Source: Geosiphon pyriformis uo1
Lineage: Eukaryota > Fungi > Glomeromycota
DNA: 64,000 bases
Direction: 5' to 3'
Assembly: GCA_016748015.1 (NCBI GenBank)
Contig: JAAOMT010000128.1
Location: 1,929,538-1,993,537, forward strand
In this document: positions 51,736 to 61,979 of the stretch, one piece after another
How the letters are laid out: the number at the start of each line of letters is the position of its first letter
How positions within the stretch are numbered: the stretch's first letter is position 1
The notes under the pieces: model-generated
What the model was told of the DNA's origin: nothing
Database searches by the model: none
The model's input: only the letters and a program-made list of their open reading frames with translations
Program-made: the position numbers and the translations under genes

Positions 51736-52614
51736 TTCCCTTTCTTTTTTAATATTTTGAATGTAATTCTATTCAAAGGGGTTGGGAATGATGGACTTTT
51801 TCGTACGAGAAGTTCGTGCTGTAGTTGATGGTCCATTAGCAATAATTCGGTATGGCTCTTGTGGTTCCTTTGGTTCTTCCGCAGGCAATATCGTCATACC
51901 ACATGGTAATTTTGCAATTACGCGAAATTATGATTATTTCGCAGATGATAATGAGGACACCAATTCGAAACCGTATAATATATCAAAGGTTTTCAATGGG
52001 GATCCAGAAATTTATGCTTTGGTATGTGGCTCACTTTTGATATTTTCAATTTTTGGCCACCAATTAATAAAATTCTTATTTTCTCAATTCTCTTACTAAC
52101 AAAGCTAAAAGATGAATTCTCAAATTTTCTCGATTCTAAAACTGAAATTTTGACCGGACTAAATTCAACCAGTGACAGTTTCTACTCATCCCAAGGTCGT
52201 CAAGACATCAATTTTCGTGACGACAACCAAAACCTGATAGAGTACATTTCATCGGTATATCCAGAAACTCAATCCCTCGAAATGGAAACCTTCGCCCTTT
52301 ACCACCTCGCCAAGACTTCTACCAGCTCCCCAATAAAAGATTCCACAATTTCACAATCAAAGTTAAGCCCGGTGAGCACAAGTATTAAAGCTGGTGCGGC
52401 GTTGATGATTTTTATAGATAGAAAGAATGAGAAATTTATTTCACCAGAAAGGATAAATTTCTTGGAAAATGTGGCTGGAAAAGCGATACTAAATGCCTTG
52501 GTGAGGGTGAAATTGGATCAAGTTCATGACGCGGTGGGTAGTGTTTGGGAACAGAAAGTGACAGAAATTGATAGTGGTATAAGTGATGAAGGGGAGAATT
52601 CAAGTTTCATTTGA
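51311..52614 (+). CDS. Uridine/purine nucleoside phosphorylase family protein (PNP_UDP_1), 4 exons (51311-51392, 51461-51624, 51779-52021, 52105-52614), 332 aa
   Basis: GT-AG introns give a 999-nt frame, with a TACTAAC branch point in intron 3. Motifs GRVYHVGVKPGEVANRIITVGDPARA, IGMG..MDFFVRE, IRYGSCG, SDSFYSSQGR, EMETF. Confidence 0.9.
51660..51732. repeat. (TTTC)n microsatellite in intron 2 of the phosphorylase gene
   Basis: Direct inspection. Confidence 0.9.
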
Positions 52615-53002
52615 AAACTTCATGGATAGGTCTTTTATAGCAGTAGAGAGGACAGATAGAAAAAAGATTTTAAAGTAATTTATTCTGGAACGTTTCTAAA
52701 GTATCTATATTAATTCGGCATTTATAAAACAATAATTGTAAAATTAACCGAAACATACTCATCGAGAAATGGAAATTTTCTTTTCTGCCATTGTTTTTTT
52801 TTTTTAATGTATGTGAACTTGAATTTTCATAATAATAAAATTCTAATAGAATTTGATTAAATTTATAGAACTGGAAATTTATATTTTTGAACTTCTCGGA
52901 TTCACAGGAAGGGAATTTAAAAGCTATTTTTACTAAAATAAAATCGAACTTATAACTCCTAAGAAGGATGTGGGAGAAATTCTTAATTCTTATTAACGAC
53001 AT

Positions 53003-56000
53003 TCAGAAATCTTTTATGCTATATAACTCTGCGAAAAGGCTCATTGTAAGCTGTTCGACCTTTGATTTGAATGTCAATTTTTACACAATTTAGAAAATGA
53101 AGGTATTCGAACAGTGAATGAGAGAAAAAAAGAATGAAAGAATTATTTTACCGCGGTTACTGTATTCGAATTTTTAACAGGAATTTCTTCCTCGTTGCCA
53201 ATGAGTATAAAAAATCTTTTAGTGAATATATAATCGCCAACTGAAATTTTCAGTAAAGTCCAAAAAAGGCTTGTTGCTTCATCAGAAATATTTCGCTAAA
53301 AATGTTCATTGTGTAAAATTAATTAAAAATTTCAAAGAGTCAAACTGAAAAAAAAATTCGATTGTAAACTTGCATCAAAGATTTCTTTCTGATCCAAAAT
53401 TGTGACAGATTGACTAAAAGCCGCAGAGCGAATGTGGATTAAAGCGTAATGTGCTCTGTAAATAAAAGTAACCATTTTTCGTAAGATTTTCATTGTTAAA
53501 TTCAAACAAAGTTTGTCTGCTTAGAATAACTGTCAAAATTTTGTTTTACTTTTCTATTTCAGCGGGATCCGTTGACCCCTCCAAACACTCAATTATGTCT
53601 GGGTGTAGAATGACAAACCAATCATCATTGGTACATTTGGAGCGTCGCTTGTTTAGAATTTGGAAAGCAAAGTAATGTTTAATTCACGAAAGATAATCAC
53701 AAGAAAATCGGAAAAAGTTCGAGATTTTTTACACTATTTAAAATGCCAAAAACTCTTTGGAGGGTGTCATTATAGGTTAAAAAAACTCGTCTGCTTATGG
53801 CAATAATTCCTCCTAGTAAATAAGTGTAGAAATATGAAATTCAACCTTCTTATTCAATTAAGGGATGATTAACTAGGTTTTACCTGAGGGAAATATTGTG
53901 AGACATCTTGTTGAACTCGATAGAGAAGATTCCCATCGAATGACTTGAAATTCGCAGCTTGACTGATGCTTAAGTTGATCCAAAAAGGGCATTTGGAATA
54001 GACTCTTGAGGTTGGGGCAATCAATCTAAGTAATCAAAAATTTAGACATTTGAACCTAGAACATTGCTTCAAATAATCGATTTTTAAGCCTACCAACACA
54101 AACTGAATGTCAATTGTTTTTTTCATTGAATAAACAAATCTTGCCCCAAGAGATCTTAATACGAAAATAAGATTGGCTATTTCAGGATTTTGTAGATTAC
54201 CAAAAATCCAAAATCTTGGCCCTTTGAAACGAGGGGTCCTCAGGCTAGGTGATAATTCAACATTGAGAGGCGCGATGATAATACGATGTTTAGTTTTATC
54301 TCCGAAATTAAATATTTTACGTGCTTCCTGACCGAGAGGAAACATGAATAAATGTAATGATGGCATAAAATTTAGCCTTAGGGAGCCAACCTTTGGAGAA
54401 AGTGAAAAAGATTAATTTGAAAACAATATATATAATATGAAAGAAAGTTTTACCAAAGAATTGATTGAAATTTTTTACGAGTTTATTTTCTAAATAGTCG
54501 AAAAATAGATCGTCCAAGTTATTTAGGCCTTGAAAATCGTTTCTATCTGTCTGAATGCTAAAGACCGCCAAGTGAGCAGCGGAATCCCCGATAAACCGTT
54601 TTGCTTGATGAAATTCGATAGGCTTCGCTAGCCACAGTATAGTTTCTTTCTGAAATATCTTTCTAAAATGTTTATTATCGAAAATAAATGAAAGGTTTCG
54701 AAGGATTGAAACATATAAAAATTTTCCTTACAAATATGGAATTCCCTCTGACCCACAAATTCGTTTGATGGCCACGTTAGCAAATAAACGTCTTGTTTGC
54801 CGGTCGACGATTACTCCCTCCCAATCCCTGCGAGTTATTCCTCATAAAATTTGAAGTTTGAAAATGAAAATAAATTGGCAAAAATATTTACATAGTATTG
54901 CTTTTTATCCACCACCGTTCTGTAAAAGAATTAAAAATTTACGTTACTTGAATAAAAAAATTCCGAATCTCTATTTAATTCCAGAGGAAGAAATGCTTAC
55001 CAATATTTTGGCAATTTCTCTTATTATTTGTATTCGGGTCCTTACGTTCCTCATTATTTTCCTCTGAAGCCGTATCATTCTTGTCAAAAAATATTTAAAA
55101 AATTAATGAAAGCTTTTCCCTTGGTTGGCCGAATGAAAGCCTCATCATCACTCAAAAATATTTGCATTTGAGAAAGTGTAGATCTATAATTACTTCCTGT
55201 GAAATGAAAATCTTTTTAGCCAAAGAGGTTGGTTTTTCACTTCCATGTTTCTTCTCTTTTTCATTATTTGAATCTTTTTTACTCTTGATTTGATTTTTGG
55301 TTTGTAAAAAATTTTGACGAGAGATTGGTCTGCTATTTTCTGAAACATTATTGACTTTAGGTGAGGACAATGGGATTGAGGAAGAGGCATCATTTTTTTG
55401 GACTAATCTTTCTCCAGTTTTTAATGGGGAATAGCCGCTTGTTTCTGATAATTCTCCTTGGCTAGGTGCCAAGTTTTTGTTAAACTGTATAGACACAAAA
55501 TTAAAATATTTTCCTTCAAATTTTTTTAAACTTGAATATTGTAGATCGAGAAAGGGGTTACTTGATCTTTAGCCAAATCGTCTTCCCTTTGCTTTCCCTT
55601 CTGTTTGCGCCTATAACTTTGCATTAAATGTTCATAATTCCTCAAATTTTTTAGATTGACCCATTGTGATTGATTTGATGAATCTAAGAAACATTAAAAC
55701 TCTAGTTAAATAACCAATTTTTGGTTCATTAATCATTCTAAAATGGTCTCACCATTAAATAAAACTCTGACAAAATTCTCCCCCTCAATATCTCTCATCT
55801 CTATAATTTCTTTTACCAATTTTATACTGTCTCTTCTTTTGGATAATCTCCTGGATTTTATGCCTCCGGGTCGAATGATAGTTCCTGGTTTTCTGATTCT
55901 TCAAGTTCGCCATGAGAGCAATAAATAATTACAATCAAGAATTTAAGAGAAATCAATTATTATTATTATTATATATAAATTAAAATTCTTACTTCGTAGG

Positions 56001-56048
56001 AACTTTACCACCCATACTCTTACGCGCAAAGCCAGTACGAGGGTTCAT
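53003..56048 (-). CDS. Chp1/TASOR-like protein: H3-tail mimic, chromodomain, SPOC, PIN-like C-terminus; 15 exons, about 628 aa
   Basis: Exons 56048-55993, 55892(or 55898)-55753, 55683-55562, 55484-55194, 55079-55001, 54919-54892, 54827-54732, 54662-54479, 54390-54094, 54025-53884, 53812-53733, 53647-53550, 53455-53374, 53295-53161, 53059-53003 splice to 1887 nt with all phases consistent (13 GT-AG introns, one GC-AG). Chromodomain: VKEIIEMRDIEGENFVRVLFND...QWVNLKNLRNYEHLMQSY. SPOC-like: DWEGVIV...FFDYLENKLVGSL...LFMFP. TASOR/Chp1-like: MPFLDQLKH...IFPSGGIIAIS...WFVILHP...KRFFILI. Confidence 0.75.
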
Positions 56049-57350
56049 TATTAAGGAGATCCTTCTCAGAAGAGCAAAGGATGGTAAAAATTAGTTTTTA
56101 GTAGAAATAAAGTCTCTAAATATTTGAGAATATGAATGAATTCATTTCGAATCCCGGTGATGCCAAATCATTATTATTTGTTTAGAGCTGATAAATGAGA
56201 ATGAATTTTAATATATACTGCAACAAAACCAGACAAAATGAACATTTTATTTTTGCTTGTAGCTTTTTAATGATTCAAGATCCGGAATATAAGATAAGAA
56301 AATCCAAGGGCATAAATTAGGTAATTGCTAGGTTCTTGTCATCCCTCCTTTTTCTATCTTTGATATTTTTCTTTGTAGCATCCTTTTGGACATATTGATT
56401 AACATTTTTTTATCTTCTTGGCAACTCTTCATATTTCTATGACATTAGTCCAACCAACCTGGCCCTTTGTAGATTATTTTCTCAGCGGGAATAGGGTCCA
56501 AGTTTAATCGAAATTCACTAATTTCCTCTTGCTCAGGACCCAAACAGTTAACTTCTGATTTCTTTCATTCATTTTGCCTCAAGGGAGATGAAGCGAAAAA
56601 ATTTCTAACATCGATTTGATTATTAATTTTTTGAATACACAGTTATAATAGTTCACCCATTTCGGTTCAAGTTTGTTCATCAACAGGATTAATAACCAAG
56701 TCATCTTTCAATGATGACAAGGTTTAGTTTTTTTCAGACACGATTCCATTTTTAGCTTACAATTTTTCTATACTTTCTTGCTATTCTTGCGGGGTGAGTT
56801 TTAATTATTTTCTTCTACCTGGTCAGGCCCTTTTGCATAATCTTTTTCATAAATAGGAACGATGTGCAAGTGAAAGTGCAAAATTGATTGATAACGTCAA
56901 TCTTCTGACCCATTATAACAATAGACAAGAAAGCCTTGTGGAGTAAAAAGTTTGTTGATTCTCTCTAACATATTTCTTAAAAGAGACATCATATTATTTC
57001 ATTCTTCCTTTACTTAGCCCTTTGATTGTGTTTACCTACAGTCACTATATCTTTCTTGTTTCGAAGCAGTATATCAACCAGAATCATGAAAAATTTTATT
57101 TTCTTTGAGCATTTTTTATTAACACAAGTTTCCAAAATGAAAAGAGGTATTTATTGCCTTTGGTGTTTAGTAATAATTTTGAAATTAGGAATTTTTTAGG
57201 ACTTGAAAATGCTAAGATTAAAAGGAATCAAAATAACTTTTTTCAAATGCAATACTTTTTTAACTATTCAAATGTATAATTATTTTTTTCAAATATAATT
57301 AACGTAATACAATTGAAAATGTGATTGATTAAAAAAAAATCTTTAAAGAA

Positions 57351-57410
57351 AAAATCAAATCAAATCAAATCAAATCAAATTAAATTGATTGATTGATTGA
57401 TTGATTCATT
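57351..57410. repeat. Adjacent (AAATC)n and (GATT)n microsatellites forming an imperfect inverted repeat
   Basis: aaaatcaaatcaaatcaaatcaaatcaaattaaattgattgattgattgattgattcatt. Confidence 0.85.
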
Positions 57411-57734
57411 CCAAGAGAGTAGATTAATATTGAATTGAATTGATAAGTCACTTTTTTGTTGTTGGATGAAAAAAAAATTTTGTAAAAATCATTGATTGAT
57501 TCGAGTTATGAAAAAAAACTTTTAATAATCAGATGGGGTATTCAGTTCTTTTGAATTAAAATAACTATAAAATTAGGTACCTTTTTAAAAATTAATTGAA
57601 AAAAATAAAAATATTAATATTAATATTAAACCGAATAACAAAGGGTTAGAAAAAACCAAAAAGCCAAAAAAAACCCCCTACCCCGAAAAATATCAAAAAA
57701 ATCACATATATATTATAATTTAGTCTAATAAAAC

Positions 57735-58151
57735 ATGAACTCAATTCAATTTATTGTCATGATCTTTATCTCAATTTTTTCTCTTTTAATAATGTTTAGT
57801 GTCAGCACACCAATTACTGGTTTAACCCCATCAAAAATACTTTCAACTAATGCTAATGAAAAAGATAATAATCTTAATATTGCAAATACTGCAAACCAAG
57901 CATTATCTATGAACAATTTTAACCAACTTGAAGACACCGAGAATGGGGCATCCGAGAAAACTTTTTTGAATAGTCAAGGCGGAACTGGAGGGATCGGATT
58001 GACTGGTACCACATTATCTCAAGAATCTTCGGATATTAGCAAAGCTTTACAAGCATTGAATAGTAATAAACTTGATTTTAGCAATAATCAAGTAAATACC
58101 ATTGAATCTTCAGATCACGGTGCCAATCAAAATACTTTATTTGTTGGTTAA
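57735..58151 (+). CDS. Small secreted-type protein, 138 aa, N/S/T-rich, cysteine-free
   Basis: Hydrophobic N-terminus MNSIQFIVMIFISIFSLLIMFSVS-TPI resembles a signal peptide. Intact single-exon ORF in AT-rich flanks. Confidence 0.7.
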   Translation: MNSIQFIVMIFISIFSLLIMFSVSTPITGLTPSKILSTNANEKDNNLNIANTANQALSMNNFNQLEDTENGASEKTFLNSQGGTGGIGLTGTTLSQESSDISKALQALNSNKLDFSNNQVNTIESSDHGANQNTLFVG

Positions 58152-58630
58152 ATAATAAGATTTTAAAATTTAAAAGTATAACTATATAGGTAATATCCCA
58201 AATTATCATGTATTCTAAAATCTTTCAACCATTTAAGGAAATTAAGTTTTTTCGAATATAATTTATGTATATAATTTTTTTAATTTTTTTTTTTAGTTTA
58301 AACCCTAATATAAGTGAAAATTTATGACAGATTTTATAATTATAATATATAAAAAATAAAAAAAAAAGAGGGTTTTCAAAAAATAAAAAATAAAAAGTCT
58401 TGATATACATAAAAATTTAAGAAATAAGGCAATTTTATTAAAGTTATAAATTAATTTATGATAAAAGAATTAATCTAGCGTTTTAGCATTTATTTATTTA
58501 ATATTTAAATTAACTATATTTCTACCACATAACTCGAGTAAACTTTCTTTTAGAATAGATAATTGAAATAATAAAAAAGTAAGAATAATTATGATTTTAT
58601 AAAATTAGTATATATATTTGATAAAAAATA

Positions 58631-58632
<2 letters not shown>

Positions 58633-58668
<36 letters not shown>

Positions 58669-58672
58669 TATT
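58633..58672. repeat. (TTA)n microsatellite
   Basis: Direct inspection. Confidence 0.9.
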
Positions 58673-59980
58673 AAATATGTATATACTTAATTAATCATTC
58701 TATTTTATTGGTTATTTTTCTTTAACTCAATTAAAAAGGGGACTTTACTTCTAAAAATTATCTATAACTTTTTTATTAGCTAAAATACTTTACACCTTCA
58801 TGTTTAGTTCCCCATATTTCTGCTCTAAATACACGTAAAAATATTTTAAATTAGTTCAAATAAATAAATAAATAAAAAATAAATAAATTTTAATAAAACG
58901 AGAAACTGTAATTAAAAACTTACATCCCTGAATACCAAAAATACCAGATTGAAAACTTTTTGTGAATTAAATATGAAAATTATATTTGAAGAAAAAAAAA
59001 AACAAACGATTTGAAGGGTCAAAATAAAAAATTTTACTTTATTAATCAAAAAATCTAATCGGCCCATTTTGTTCCGTAATTAAGATTACTTGAGTGTGAT
59101 TAATACTCAAAAAAAAAAAAAAAAAAAAAAAAAAACGATTTGTTTTTGATTTACATAAATATTATTTATTTATTTATTTTTTCATTTATTTAATTCTAAA
59201 TTCAATACAAATCCAAATAAAGTTAAGTTCGGCTTTACTTAGATGAGCCCCTTTTTTTGGTTTTCTTTTTTTAGTAAATGAAAATTTGTTTAAAATTTTT
59301 TTTTCTATATCAAAAGAGATTTTGGGAAATAAATTATTACCTTAGCCTTAGCCCCACCCATTCACCCATTCACCCACCAAATTTTTGTATATATTTTTGG
59401 CCTACGGAAAATATACAAATCAGCTATTTTAAAATGACAGAATATTGTGTGTTACCTTCATTCCGATCTTGGGAGTTCTTGTCGATTATCGACTTAATTA
59501 TTTATCCGAAATAGATTAAAAAAAAAAAGCATCATCTTGACGATTATATTTTAAATTGTATCAATTTTTTAATGGAAATTTTAAATGAAAATCTGTTAAT
59601 CAAGAAAACTTGGCAAATGTCATTGTCTTTTATCATTATACCATTTTGACATCATAAAGCTTCGTCATTTGATAAAGATGAACTATTTGCAGAGTTTTTT
59701 ATATTAATTGGTAAGCTTCAACAGATTTGGGAAAATCGAAAAATTGAAAATCTTGGTTTAAATCGGTTAAAGGGCTTTTTTTTTATTTAAACTTCTTAAT
59801 ATATTTGAATAATAAAAGCCTCTGGAAATTCTGATTGATCTAGCTTAGAAATTTTCAAAAGTTAATAAGTGTGGAATATATATATATCTAGAAAAAAGTA
59901 CATAAATAGCCAACAATTTTAGTTTTTTTAAAACAGGATTTCTGAAACTTTCAAATCGAAAATTCTTTACTTCAAACAAT

Positions 59981-60015
59981 ATGGAGGAAACAAGACTTGA
60001 TATTTCATCATCATT

Positions 60016-60060
<45 letters not shown>

Positions 60061-61005
60061 TAATCAACGTAATTTCTTAAAAAAGAAAAAAAGGTCTTGA
60101 TTAAAAGGATACATTAATTTATCTAATCAAAATAATTTTTCACACTTAAAAAATAGTTGTAAAAAAAAATGATGAAACTCTTTCATCAAGAGATTCAATA
60201 TGCGATTTCGCTGAAAATATTTCAGAGTTTGACGAAAAGACACATTTACCATTCGTCCCTGGACCTTTGATGACAGAGAAATTATTCATTACCTTGGCTG
60301 CATTTTTATGGATGCTTTCAATTTTCGCAAATCTTTATATGGTTGTTGGGTCGATATTATTAATTTCACAATATGCTATAGGAGTAAGTTGTTTATTCGT
60401 TTATTCGTTTATTTTTTTATTTTAAAAATCCTTTTTGGAAAATTGTTTCACCCATTTTACCTGTTATTATATATATATTGATATAAATTTATATATCTAT
60501 ATGTATTTACTATTTTTTTTATTTTTTTATTTTAAATATTTCAGGCATTACTGAAAATTTTTCTATCTTTGAACATAAGCTTTGATCTTTCAAATCGATG
60601 TATTCTGAGTTATTATGGAGCTAAAAGTGGTGGTACATATTTCTTGGCTGGGATAATAGGTATTTTCAAAAAAAAATCTTTTTCAAAATCCCTTACATTT
60701 TTGTTCCAGAAAAAATATAAACCTAAAATTCAATATTGAACTATTTGAAATTCTTAGGGAAAGAACATTTAGCACATTTACTTTACCTAGGCTACAATTC
60801 AATCAGCGGAAATATTCTTGATATTTTGACACTAGTCAACATGGGAAGCGCATTACCTTTTTTGGCATTATCAATGCGAGATGAAACTTGTTTAGCCGAA
60901 TCATCCTGTCAAACTATTGTGACAACTATTTTGATTTCAGTGGGTTATTTATTCCTTGGAAGTTTATGCCTTCTTTCATGCTACAAATACGAGCACATTC
61001 CTTAA
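59981..61005 (+). CDS. Multi-pass membrane protein of unknown function with N-terminal poly-Ser, 4 exons (59981-60068, 60157-60383, 60545-60659, 60791-61005), 214 aa
   Basis: GT-AG introns give a phase-consistent 645-nt frame. Several hydrophobic segments (LFITLAAFLWMLSIFANLYMVVGSILLISQYAIG; IVTTILISVGYLFLGSLCLL). (TCA)n at 60005-60061. Confidence 0.7.
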
Positions 61006-61979
61006 TCATTCAGAAGTTAAGTGACTTTTCAAAAAGGAGGTTTGTTAATTTTTGAGATTGATTGCGTTAGTGGTAAATATAGTATCTCTCACCGTATTAA
61101 TTTTGTAAAAAATATTATTTAGATAGAAAATTTTATATACATATCTGTAAATTACATTTAGTTTTCATTAAAACCATTAAAAAAACTTGTTCTTGTATTT
61201 CTAATCCTTTGAAAATATTGTCGTTAAATTCAATTTTTTTTTTTGTTTCACCGAAACCGAAAATATATAGATATATATATATATCAAAAAAAACATACAT
61301 GACCTTTTAAATCTGAAAATATCAAAAACTAATTTGGAATCCAGATTTGAATCTTTGAACTATTGAAATCGGCTTTTTGGTATATCTCTTTGATATCTTC
61401 CTCCATAAATGTTTTTTCGTTGAGAAGAGATATAAATTACTAAATTTTCAACACTAACTACAATCGTACTCTCATCGTATCATATGATTGGAAACACGCT
61501 TAAACCTGTGATTGTGAAAGTTTCCTTTTATACAGTAACAATATATAAGTTCACCAATTTTGTTATAAACTTAAAATTCAAAGAGAACATCAAATATTAC
61601 TAAAACATTTTTCGGTGTCTTTTATAATAAGTTTGCTAATGTTAAGGTTAAGTAAAATAACAATTTTAATAATAATTAATATATAAACTGTTTTTATTAT
61701 AAATTAATTATTATTAAATATATAAGTATTTTATAAATTAATAATTAAAAAAAGTAAGTAATCAATTAATTTAAAATATTTTTTTTTAAAAAATATTTAA
61801 CAAATATATAACTTTTAAAAATTAAGTTATAATTATTATTAAGAATAATTAAAAAAAAATAATATAAAAATTATTTAAACTAAAATTTTTGAATTTTTAA
61901 ATAAATTTCAAATAATTTAAACAAAATTCAAATAATTTAAATTGAAATTGATCAAAGTTTTTCAAAATAATAAAAATAA

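Noticed and set aside
52670-53002. 110-aa minus-strand ORF
   Set aside because: AT-rich F/K/I-biased sequence in the shared 3' region of two convergent genes.
55900-56048. Histone H3 or CENP-A gene
   Set aside because: Only the tail motif is present; no histone-fold sequence follows, and the frame continues into a chromodomain.
56290-56700. Stop-interrupted minus-strand frame upstream of the Chp1-like gene
   Set aside because: Several stops and no recognisable domain; may be a TE or gene relic but cannot be called. Extra upstream exons of the Chp1-like gene are not excluded.
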